Below, piece after piece: positions 10,880 through 19,084 of a DNA stretch of 32,000 nucleotides. This DNA comes from Candidatus Kuenenia stuttgartensis (GTDB taxonomy: Bacteria; Planctomycetota; Brocadiia; Brocadiales; Brocadiaceae). Position numbers and translations under genes: made by a program. Where the stretch lies: contig NZ_LT934425.1 of NCBI RefSeq assembly GCF_900232105.1, positions 2,340,001-2,372,000 of the forward strand. The letters run 5' to 3'. Each line of letters begins with the position of its first letter. Positions within the stretch are counted from its first letter, which is position 1. The notes under the pieces are model-generated. The model worked only from the letters and a program-made list of their open reading frames with translations. It ran no database searches and was not told the origin of the DNA.

Positions 10880-12256
10880 ATGCTCCGATTAAACAAACAA
10901 CGTAATACTTTAGAACCCGAAGAACATCATTTTGAATTGAAAGATTCGGAAGAACCGAATCTTTTTCGCGATATATTCCCGTACGACAAAGTGCCCAAGA
11001 TACCATTCAATTACCGGCTTAATCCAATGAATATGCCTGAAGAAATCTGGATTACCGATACTACATTCCGGGATGGCCAGCAGTCAATGCCGCCTTATAC
11101 GGTGAAACAAATAGTGGATTTATTCGATATGATACACAAGCTTGGCGGCAAAAGAGGGCTTATCCGGCAGTGTGAATTTTTTCTGTATAATGAAAAGGAT
11201 AAGGAAGCCGTACGAAAATGTATGGAGAGAGGGTATAAATATCCGGAGATAACGGGCTGGATTCGTGCGGTAAAAAGCGATTTCAAACTGGCAAAAGAAA
11301 TGGGGCTTAAGGAAACGGGTATTTTATGTTCCTCTTCTGATTACCATATTTATTTAAAATTAAAGAAGACGCGAAAACAGGCGTTGGAAATGTATCTGGA
11401 TATCGTACGCGCGGCCCTGGAAGAGGGCATGATTCCAAGATGTCATTTTGAAGATATAACAAGAGCAGACCTTTATGGGTTTGTAATACCATTCGCAAAG
11501 GAACTCATGAAGCTGTCGAGAGAAAGCGGTATCCCCATAAAAATCCGTGCTTGTGATACCATGGGAGTGGGGGTAAGCTACCCCGGTGCAGCGCCGCCGC
11601 GCAGTGTTCCCGGAATTATTTACGGACTGACGCACTTTGCGGACGTCCCTTCCGAATGCCTGGAATGGCACGGCCATAATGATTTGTATTTAGCGATGAG
11701 CAATGCAACTGCCGCCTGGTTGTATGGTTGTAGTGTTATTAATGGGGCTTTGCTGGGTTTGGGGGAACGTACGGGGAACACGCCAATAGAAGCCCTGGTT
11801 ATTGAGTACCTTGCGTTACGGGGCAACGATGACGAAATTGATACTACGGTAATTACTGACATTGCGGACTACTACCGGAATGAGATTGGATATCAGATCC
11901 CGCCAAATCAGCCTTTGGTAGGCTCTGGATTCAATGTGACCAGGGCGGGCATACATTCGGACGGTTTATTAAAAAATGAAGAAATCTATAATATTTTCGA
12001 TACCACTAAGTTGTTGAAAAGGCCTGTAGGTGTTTCTATCACGGATAAGTCAGGAATTGCAGGGATCGTTCAGTGGATTGATATTTATTATAAATTGCAG
12101 GGAGATGAGAGAATCTCTAAGGACCATCCGGGCGTGGTAAAGATCAGGGAGTGGATTGATGAACAATATGCCATGGGCAGGATTACTTCTGTTTCCGAGA
12201 AAGAAATGGTTGAACTGGTAAATATTCACCTCAAAGACGTTTTTGCCGGCAGGTAG
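10880..12256 (+). CDS. HMGL-like (DRE-TIM) Claisen condensing enzyme of the homocitrate / isopropylmalate / Re-citrate synthase family; Re-citrate-synthase type suspected
   Basis: 458-aa ORF with the N-terminal ITDTTFRDGQQ motif and the metal-ligand region EWHGHNDLYLA. FRDGQQ replaces the LRDGEQ of LeuA/NifV, and the roughly 450-aa length fits my recollection of clostridial Re-citrate synthases. The family call is secure; the subtype is an inference. Confidence 0.8.
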   Translation: MLRLNKQRNTLEPEEHHFELKDSEEPNLFRDIFPYDKVPKIPFNYRLNPMNMPEEIWITDTTFRDGQQSMPPYTVKQIVDLFDMIHKLGGKRGLIRQCEFFLYNEKDKEAVRKCMERGYKYPEITGWIRAVKSDFKLAKEMGLKETGILCSSSDYHIYLKLKKTRKQALEMYLDIVRAALEEGMIPRCHFEDITRADLYGFVIPFAKELMKLSRESGIPIKIRACDTMGVGVSYPGAAPPRSVPGIIYGLTHFADVPSECLEWHGHNDLYLAMSNATAAWLYGCSVINGALLGLGERTGNTPIEALVIEYLALRGNDDEIDTTVITDIADYYRNEIGYQIPPNQPLVGSGFNVTRAGIHSDGLLKNEEIYNIFDTTKLLKRPVGVSITDKSGIAGIVQWIDIYYKLQGDERISKDHPGVVKIREWIDEQYAMGRITSVSEKEMVELVNIHLKDVFAGR

Positions 12257-12388
12257 CATAAGGCATGGTAATGTCTGCCATGATAAATTTCACGGCGTAT
12301 AATCGGCACCCAATTTCCGGTAGGCAGTGTTTTACCCTACATGCCTAAGCTAACATGGCAAAAACCAAACAAGCACGAAAACAGTTTT

Positions 12389-12487
12389 CAGTCTGCAATT
12401 TGCCGATTACAGATTGTAGATTGTAGAAGTTACCAGTAAATATTTTGCCAAAAAATGCTAAGAAATCACTGATAAGGGGTACTAAAG
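12389..12487 (+). repeat. dispersed repeat family A, copy 2
   Basis: CAGTCTGCAATTTGCCGATTACAGATTGTAGATTGTAG...TAAATATTTTGCCAAAAAATGCTAAGAAATCACTGATAAGGGGTACTAAAG. It contains the heptamer-phased tract 12396..12430. Confidence 0.7.
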
Positions 12488-12503
12488 CCCCTGACATTTT
12501 TAT

Positions 12504-12526
12504 TTTTCAAAAAACTAAAGCGTTAC
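12504..12526 (+). repeat. B motif copy 2, 18 nt upstream of the sucC start
   Basis: TTTTTCAAAAAACTAAAGCGTTAC, followed by GGTTTTGAAA, which pairs with the TTTCAAAA at its 5' end. Confidence 0.6.
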
Positions 12527-12543
12527 GGTTTTGAAAGAATACT

Positions 12544-13716
12544 TTGAGAGTATATGAATTTCAGGCAAAGGACATATTAAAGACGTATAGCATCTGTGTT
12601 CCCCGTGGGCGGGTGGTGTCAGCAGCCGACGACGCCCGAACGGCATATAAAGAAATCGGCGGCGGTAAGTGTGTGGTAAAGGCGCAAATACTTGCCGGCG
12701 GGCGCGGAAAGAGTGGCGGCGTCCGATTCGTCAATTCATCCGAAGAAGCAGAGTCATGTATCTCCGGCATGCTCGGCTCAAGGCTTACAACATATCAAAC
12801 TAACCAGGAATCCTTTGAAATTAAACATGTTCTTCTGGAAGAAGCTGTTTCGATTCAAAAGGAGTTCTATCTTGCCATAACGATTGATCGTTCCTTACAA
12901 TCACTTCTATTAATAGTGAGCGCTGAAGGCGGTGTTGCCATAGAAGATGTCGCGAAAAAGACGCCCGAAAAAATTTTCAAAGAACCTGTTGACCTGTTTT
13001 TTGGACTGCTGCCATTTCAGTTGCGTCGTATTACGGAAAAATTAATGATTTCAGCGAAACTGTCAGAGAAGGTAAACGAACTGATAAAAAAACTATTCTC
13101 TGTCTTTATAAATAAAGATTGTTCGTTGCTGGAAATCAACCCTTTGGTGCTCACAGAGAATAATGAACTGGTTGTGCTTGACGCCAAAATGGAGTTAGAC
13201 GATAACGCCATTTTTCGCCATCCGGAGTTAGAGTACATTTTGGCGGAACAGGATATTCCGCCTGATGAAGCATTGGCAAAGAAGCATGGGCTGAGTTATA
13301 TACACCTTGATGGAGATATCGGATGTCTTGTAAATGGTGCAGGCCTTGCAATGGCCACCATGGATAGTATTAAACTTTGCGGGGGGGAACCGGCAAATTT
13401 TCTCGATGTCGGCGGTGATGCGTCTCTGGAACAGGTGACGCGGGCGTTTAAAATAATTTTGTCCGACAGAAAAGTAAAAGCCGTCTTGATCAATATTTTC
13501 GGCGGCATAATGAAATGCGATGTGATCGCCGAAGGCATCATAAGGGTCGTCAAAGAAGCGGATATTCCATTTATCGTAAGACTGGAAGGTACTAATGTGG
13601 ATTTGGCCAGAAAAATTCTTGACGACTCCGGGTTAAAAATTATTTCTGTCGGGAATATGAAGGATGCGGCACGTTTTGCGGTAAAGGCGTCAAAAGGTGA
13701 GTATATTAATCAATAA
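12544..13716 (+). CDS. sucC: succinyl-CoA synthetase (ADP-forming) beta subunit
   Basis: 390-aa ORF with a TTG start. It has an ATP-grasp N-terminus ([26 protein letters not shown]) and a CoA-ligase domain ([11 protein letters not shown]). Confidence 0.92.
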   Translation: MRVYEFQAKDILKTYSICVPRGRVVSAADDARTAYKEIGGGKCVVKAQILAGGRGKSGGVRFVNSSEEAESCISGMLGSRLTTYQTNQESFEIKHVLLEEAVSIQKEFYLAITIDRSLQSLLLIVSAEGGVAIEDVAKKTPEKIFKEPVDLFFGLLPFQLRRITEKLMISAKLSEKVNELIKKLFSVFINKDCSLLEINPLVLTENNELVVLDAKMELDDNAIFRHPELEYILAEQDIPPDEALAKKHGLSYIHLDGDIGCLVNGAGLAMATMDSIKLCGGEPANFLDVGGDASLEQVTRAFKIILSDRKVKAVLINIFGGIMKCDVIAEGIIRVVKEADIPFIVRLEGTNVDLARKILDDSGLKIISVGNMKDAARFAVKASKGEYINQ

Positions 13717-14578
13717 GGAAACAAAGGTTGTATGCCAGGGTATAACGGGACAAGCCGGAAGTTTTCATGCAATGCAGATGCTGGAGTATGGGACTAAACT
13801 GGTTGCAGGGGTAACTCCCGGTAAAGGTGGTACGATACATAATGGAATTCCCGTGTTCGGAAGCATGCTCGAGGCTGTTAATAAAACGGGGGCAAATGCC
13901 TCTGTAATATACGTCCCGGCCTCTTTTGCCGCGGACGCTATAATGGAAGCAGTGGATGCGGAGATAGCGTTGGTGGTATGTATTACGGAGGGAATACCCA
14001 CACTGGATATGTTAAGGGTGGTAAAATACCTTGCCGCCGGAAAATCAAGGCTTATAGGCCCTAATTGCCCCGGCATTATTACGCCTGACGCTTGTAAAAT
14101 CGGCATTATGCCTGGATACATTCATAAAAAAGGCAGCGTTGGAGTTGTTTCGCGCAGCGGTACCCTCACGTATGAGATTGTATGGCAACTTACGCAACAA
14201 GGTATTGGGCAATCAACATGTGCCGGGATAGGAGGCGACCCCATCATAGGAACGCATTTTGTTGATATCCTTAAGATGTTTCAGCATGATGAAGAAACAT
14301 CGGCGATTGTGCTTATTGGCGAAATAGGCGGAAGTATGGAAGAAGAGGCCGCTGAGTATATAAAGAAGGAAATTACAAAGCCGGTTATCGGCTTTATTGC
14401 CGGCAGGTCAGCGCCGCACGGCAAGCGTATGGGACATGCCGGAGCAATCATTGCCGGTGATAAAGGCAAGGCTGTTACAAAGGTCGCAGCGTTGCAGGAT
14501 GCGGGCGCCTTTATGGTGGATAACCCTGCGGATATTGGCATAACCGTATCTAAAATTTTAAAAGACGCCGGGAAGTAG
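13697..14578 (+). CDS. sucD: succinyl-CoA synthetase alpha subunit
   Basis: 293-aa ORF with a GTG start that overlaps sucC by 20 nt. It has the CoA-binding [14 protein letters not shown] motif and the phosphohistidine loop [10 protein letters not shown]. Confidence 0.95.
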   Translation: MSILINKETKVVCQGITGQAGSFHAMQMLEYGTKLVAGVTPGKGGTIHNGIPVFGSMLEAVNKTGANASVIYVPASFAADAIMEAVDAEIALVVCITEGIPTLDMLRVVKYLAAGKSRLIGPNCPGIITPDACKIGIMPGYIHKKGSVGVVSRSGTLTYEIVWQLTQQGIGQSTCAGIGGDPIIGTHFVDILKMFQHDEETSAIVLIGEIGGSMEEEAAEYIKKEITKPVIGFIAGRSAPHGKRMGHAGAIIAGDKGKAVTKVAALQDAGAFMVDNPADIGITVSKILKDAGK

Positions 14579-14645
14579 ATTGTCTTTTATTACCGGAGTA
14601 ATTCATTGCGATTGCTCCGTTACGAGCGAAGCGCCACTTCGCTCA

Positions 14646-14680
14646 CCAAATCCCAAATCCCAAATCGTAAATAGTAAAAA
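14646..14680. repeat. heptamer tandem tract (CCAAATC)x3 decaying into GTAAATA, GTAAAAA
   Basis: Read directly from the sequence. Related fragments occur at 14712..14728 and, as the reverse complement (GATTTGG GCATTGG), at 28916..28929. Confidence 0.8.
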
Positions 14681-14831
14681 GAGAAACCACAGATTGCTCA
14701 GATAAAAAAATGATAAATCGTAAATCTCTCCGGTATTTTTTCTGTTTCCTTGATAATTGCTGAGGCATTTGCTAAAGTAGCCTCGTAGTACTACAACATA
14801 AATGTTTTTATAAAGGATTATTGCGGAAAAC

Positions 14832-16940
14832 ATGTTTTTGATTATGAGGTTAATGTATCGAATAGTGCCTCTTCTCTCTGTTTTGTTGAGTGTAATATCC
14901 CTGGATGCGCATGCCAGAGGGGTAAGTAGCAGCATTAAAAGCCACGTCATTGAGGTCGAATTCTCTCTGAATGAAAATAAGCTCAGAGCAGAGGATCATG
15001 TATGTGTGCAAAAGGGCGAGAGCAATGAGGTGCTGTTTCTCATCAACAAGTCGTTTAAGGTGACGTCAATAGCGTCTTCCGGTAAGGATCTGGCATTTAA
15101 GCCGGGAAAAATGGGAAATGCTCAAACAATGAAGATTACCGTCCCGGCAACGGTAAAAAGTAAGGAAACTATTTGTTTTGACATCAAATATGAAGGACTT
15201 CTTCCTTCTCTGCCTGACTCCTTCAGCGGAGAAGACATTGGCGCTACCTCCGGCATTATTGGAGAATATGGTGTTTATTTGAGTCCCGCGTGCAGATGGT
15301 ATCCCGATATGGCTGATTCACTGGCAACATTCAAGGTTACCGTCGTTATGCCGAAAGAATATGAGGCCGTAACCCAGGGGATTCTTGTGAGTAAAAAAAC
15401 AGCAGATAATAAAGTTTCTATAACGTGGGAGGAAGGCAATGTGTCCGAGGGGTGCAGCCTTGTGGCGGGGAAATATAAAGTGACGGCAGTGCGGCATAAT
15501 GATATTGACATTTACGCTTACTTTTATCCGGAAGAACAGCCCTTGGTTGATACATATTTGGATGCAACAAAACGATACCTGGATATATACCAGGATTTAA
15601 TTGGAAAATACCCGTATAAAAAATTTGCCATTGTTGAAAACTTCTTTCAAACAGGTTATGGTATGCCGTCATTTACCCTGCTGGGCAGCGAAGTAGTGAA
15701 GCTCCCCTTTATTGTTGACATTTCATTAGGGCACGAAGTTTTGCATAACTGGTGGGGAAACTCTGTTTTTGTTGATGATAGCCGGGGGAACTGGTGCGAG
15801 GGTCTCACGACCTATATGGCGGATTACTATTATAAGGAAATAAAAGGTGACGTTGCCGCAACGACCTATCGTAACGAGATTTGCAGAAAATATACCCATT
15901 ATGTTACCACGCAGAATGATTTCCCACTGAAAATGTTTCTAGGCAGAAGCGACAAGGCAACGCAGGCTATTGGATATGGAAAAACGGCAATGGTTTTCCA
16001 TATGCTGAGAAAAATGCTGGGCGATGAGGTTTTTTACCAGGCGCTCAGAGATTTTTATAAAAATATGCTGTGGCAGCGTGCGAATTGGGAGGATATTGAA
16101 AAGGTATTTGAAAAAGTGAGCGGCCTGGAATTGGCGTGGTTTTTTGATCAGTGGGTGAACAAAAAAGGCGCCCCCGTTATCGAATTGGGTGAAACGACTG
16201 TTAATAAGGAAGGAAATGCGTGGGTTGTAAAGGCTGAAATCCTGCAAAAAACGAACGAACCGTATCGTCTTCATTTGCCTGTCTACGTACAACTGGAGGA
16301 GGGCATTTTTCATACGACCGCCGAAATAAAAAACGCTTCTGACCGTATTTCCCTGCCGGTAAAATCCCGCCCCGAAAACATTGCGATAGATCCTTACACA
16401 GAGGTCTTCCGGCGCTTGCATGCGGATGAGATTCCTCCTACGATAGACCTTGTAATGGGAGACAGTAAAATTATCATCTATCCGGCAAATTGTGAAGATT
16501 CCATGAAGGTGGAATATAAGAAACTGGCGCATATCCTGGCGAATGAACGGGATTCTATTAAGGCGGATACCGAAATTACCGAAGTGGAAATAGCGCAAAC
16601 AAGCTTGTTTATACTGGGTGGCGTGGAAGAAAACAAAATAAGCAAACTCGTTCAAAATAACTTACCCGTGGGATTATCGCTCACAAAAGATGCCTTTGGC
16701 GCTGATACCGTTATGTACGGCGATAAAAAGGATGCCTTTCTGGTAACAATAAAGCATCCTTCTCATAAGGAAAAAGGGATTGCTTTGTTTGCGGGATTTA
16801 GCCCCGAAGCGATAAATAAAGCAGGATACAAAATTCAACATTATGGGAAATACAGTTATCTTGTTTTTTCTGACGGAAATAATAGGGTGAAAGAGGTCGT
16901 TAGCATCGGGGATAGCCCGCTGCAAAAAACCCTTCAATGA
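14832..16940 (+). CDS. secreted M1-family (gluzincin) zinc metallopeptidase
   Basis: 702-aa ORF with an N-terminal signal-like segment (MYRIVPLLSVLLSVISLDAHA) and the zinc site HEVLHNWWGN...NWCEGLTTY (HExxH plus a distal Glu). The start may instead be an internal Met (aa 5 or 8). Confidence 0.85.
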   Translation: MFLIMRLMYRIVPLLSVLLSVISLDAHARGVSSSIKSHVIEVEFSLNENKLRAEDHVCVQKGESNEVLFLINKSFKVTSIASSGKDLAFKPGKMGNAQTMKITVPATVKSKETICFDIKYEGLLPSLPDSFSGEDIGATSGIIGEYGVYLSPACRWYPDMADSLATFKVTVVMPKEYEAVTQGILVSKKTADNKVSITWEEGNVSEGCSLVAGKYKVTAVRHNDIDIYAYFYPEEQPLVDTYLDATKRYLDIYQDLIGKYPYKKFAIVENFFQTGYGMPSFTLLGSEVVKLPFIVDISLGHEVLHNWWGNSVFVDDSRGNWCEGLTTYMADYYYKEIKGDVAATTYRNEICRKYTHYVTTQNDFPLKMFLGRSDKATQAIGYGKTAMVFHMLRKMLGDEVFYQALRDFYKNMLWQRANWEDIEKVFEKVSGLELAWFFDQWVNKKGAPVIELGETTVNKEGNAWVVKAEILQKTNEPYRLHLPVYVQLEEGIFHTTAEIKNASDRISLPVKSRPENIAIDPYTEVFRRLHADEIPPTIDLVMGDSKIIIYPANCEDSMKVEYKKLAHILANERDSIKADTEITEVEIAQTSLFILGGVEENKISKLVQNNLPVGLSLTKDAFGADTVMYGDKKDAFLVTIKHPSHKEKGIALFAGFSPEAINKAGYKIQHYGKYSYLVFSDGNNRVKEVVSIGDSPLQKTLQ

Positions 16941-16984
16941 TTTGGTAGCTGGCATAGGCAGACCAAACAAACAATAAATAAAAA

Positions 16985-17012
16985 ATACGAAATTCGAAGT
17001 ACGAAATACGAA
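16985..17012. repeat. heptamer tandem tract ATACGAA-ATTCGAA-GTACGAA-ATACGAA
   Basis: Four phased units read directly. A single related unit (AATACGAAAA) lies at about 27072. Confidence 0.8.
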
Positions 17013-17451
17013 ACGATTTTCAAAATACAAAGTCCCAATTAAAAACCGGGTTTTGAATATTTCCTAGACTCGTTACAAACAGAGAGTTTGGGAACAAGCA
17101 GAAATTTTCCTCATTACCTCCCCCAAAGGGGGAGAATGTTCCCCGCTGGCGTGGATGCAGGAAGTGGATTCGTATTTAGCATTTCGGGTTTTACTATTAG
17201 ATTTGACTTGTCTTGCGAATATATATTGCAAAGGGTGTTTAATGGGATTTGTATTTTTGAAAGCAACATTTCATAGTTGAAATTGCTTTTGCGGGAACGG
17301 CGTGTGAAGCAGGCATATTTGCATGGTTTAATGTGTTTGAAATCAGCAACTTATGGGATATTTCAACTTTCATTTCTTTTTGTCCGGCGAGGGAACGGTT
17401 TTTGTCCGTTTACAAAGGATTGTTAAACTTTTTGGAAAACGGTGGGGCTGA

Positions 17452-18192
17452 ATGAAACAAACACTATCTTTATCTTTGTGTATTTTTGCGTGGTTTTTTT
17501 ATTGCACTCTTTTTTGTTCAGAAGAGATGCTGGCAGGTGAGCATTATACCGTGGTAGAGGTGCAGGATGGGGGATGCATTACCGGATATGTCATCCGTGG
17601 GGGGGACGCCGGGATGCCTTCAATAGACTTATATGCAGGGTGGGAATTGCCGAAATCTTCCCAGGTTATTTCTGAAAAGCTAGAAGTAAACAGGGTAAAC
17701 AACGGTGTGAAGAATGCCATCGTCTCTATTTCTAATATTGTGCGGGGAAAAAAGGGGATAGTCCCGCCAATTCATCCCGTCATAGATCAGCAAAGGGGGG
17801 TATTCGTTCCTCGTGTAACGGCTATACTCGCCGGCACAACGGTTGATTTGCTGAATGGTGATGAGGAAATGCACAACATTCATACCAAATCAATGAGAAA
17901 TCAACCTTTTAATCTTGGCATGTCGTATAAACAAAGAGTCTTGAAAAAATTTGATTATCCTGAGACGATAAAACTGTCTTGTGATATACACCATGAATAT
18001 GCCTGGATTGTTGTTTTTGGGCATCCTTATTTTGATGTAACGGATAGGAACGGATATTTTGAAATATGCGATATTCCTGAAGGCACTTATGTGTTTAGGG
18101 TATGGCATGAAGAATTAGGAAAACGAGAAAAGGAGGTAATGATACGGCCGAGAAAAACAGAAAGTATAGAGATTGTTTATGAGCAGAATTAA
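17452..18192 (+). CDS. exported cupredoxin-like plus carboxypeptidase-regulatory-like domain protein
   Basis: 246-aa ORF with an N-terminal hydrophobic signal or anchor. NGDEEMHNIHT and SCDIHHEYAWIVV resemble the N.D..HN / C.IH..M pattern of 'methylamine utilisation / plastocyanin-like' proteins. The C-terminal YFEICDIPEGTYVFRVWHE is a typical CarboxypepD_reg-like strand pattern. Confidence 0.6.
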   Translation: MKQTLSLSLCIFAWFFYCTLFCSEEMLAGEHYTVVEVQDGGCITGYVIRGGDAGMPSIDLYAGWELPKSSQVISEKLEVNRVNNGVKNAIVSISNIVRGKKGIVPPIHPVIDQQRGVFVPRVTAILAGTTVDLLNGDEEMHNIHTKSMRNQPFNLGMSYKQRVLKKFDYPETIKLSCDIHHEYAWIVVFGHPYFDVTDRNGYFEICDIPEGTYVFRVWHEELGKREKEVMIRPRKTESIEIVYEQN

Positions 18193-18276
18193 TGGGAAAT
18201 GAACATTGTAACAATGACGGGTGATTTTTAATTAGGTTTTTTTTACATTCGCAACCGGAAAGGAGGATTTGCTGAT

Positions 18277-19059
18277 ATGAAACCTAAGGGTTTATTTTAT
18301 ACATTTGGCTTTCTGAGCGCCGCAGTATTTTCCTGTGCAGTGCTGACTGTTGTCATGCGCCCTAATACTGCATCAGCAATTGAAATTCCCAAAGAAGTTA
18401 CTGAAGAAGGAAAAAATGTTTACAAGAAGTATTGTGCCCCTTGCCATGGTGAAGAGGGTGGCGGAGATGGACTACTTTCAAGATCGATGCTCCCCAAACC
18501 TCGCAATTTCACACTGGGGGCTTATAAGTTTAGGACGACACCAAGCGGTTCGCTTCCTACAGATGAAGATATTTATAGGACGATATCATATGGTGTACCA
18601 AATTCTACCATGATTCCCTGGGATATTTTAACCGAGGAGCAACGTGCTTCCGTAGTGCCGGTTCTCAAGAGTTTTTCAGAAGCCTTCGAGTATCGCGAAC
18701 CGGAACCTTCCGTTGATGTTGGTCTGCCGTTGAGACCGACAGAAAGAACCATTTTGGCAGGGAAAAAAATATATGAAGAAAAATTAGAATGCTGGAAGTG
18801 TCATGGTGTTGAAGGTCGCGGAGACGGCCCAAGCGCATCGGAACAGGAAGACGATTTTGGATTTCCGATAAAACCATTCGATTTTACTACTGGTAAGTTT
18901 AAAGGCGGCAATTCGCCAACTGATGTTTATCTGAGATTTACCACGGGCTTGAACGGAACACCAATGCCTTCTTTCGCGAAAGAACTTAGCGATGACGAAA
19001 GATGGTATTTAACCCATTATGTTATGTCACTCGTTCAACCAGAGAAATGTAGAAAATAA
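18277..19059 (+). CDS. diheme c-type cytochrome
   Basis: 260-aa ORF with AAGGAGG 10 nt upstream. It has a signal or anchor segment and two CxxCH motifs (CAPCH, CWKCH), each in a cytochrome-c-like half. Confidence 0.88.
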   Translation: MKPKGLFYTFGFLSAAVFSCAVLTVVMRPNTASAIEIPKEVTEEGKNVYKKYCAPCHGEEGGGDGLLSRSMLPKPRNFTLGAYKFRTTPSGSLPTDEDIYRTISYGVPNSTMIPWDILTEEQRASVVPVLKSFSEAFEYREPEPSVDVGLPLRPTERTILAGKKIYEEKLECWKCHGVEGRGDGPSASEQEDDFGFPIKPFDFTTGKFKGGNSPTDVYLRFTTGLNGTPMPSFAKELSDDERWYLTHYVMSLVQPEKCRK

Positions 19060-19084
19060 AAAATTAATAGTTTTCTGTCTTTAA

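Noticed and set aside
14603-14950. A 115-aa ORF on the minus strand.
   Set aside because: It overlaps the 5' end and signal peptide of the well-supported M1 peptidase gene on the opposite strand. It also runs through the heptamer tract, which gives low-complexity sequence.
16674-17276. ORFs 16674..17030 (minus, 118 aa) and 17088..17276 (plus, 62 aa).
   Set aside because: The first is antisense to the 3' end of the peptidase gene and crosses the ATACGAA heptamer tract. The second spans the CTCCCCCAAAGGGGGAG hairpin (17118..17134). Neither has an RBS or a family resemblance.
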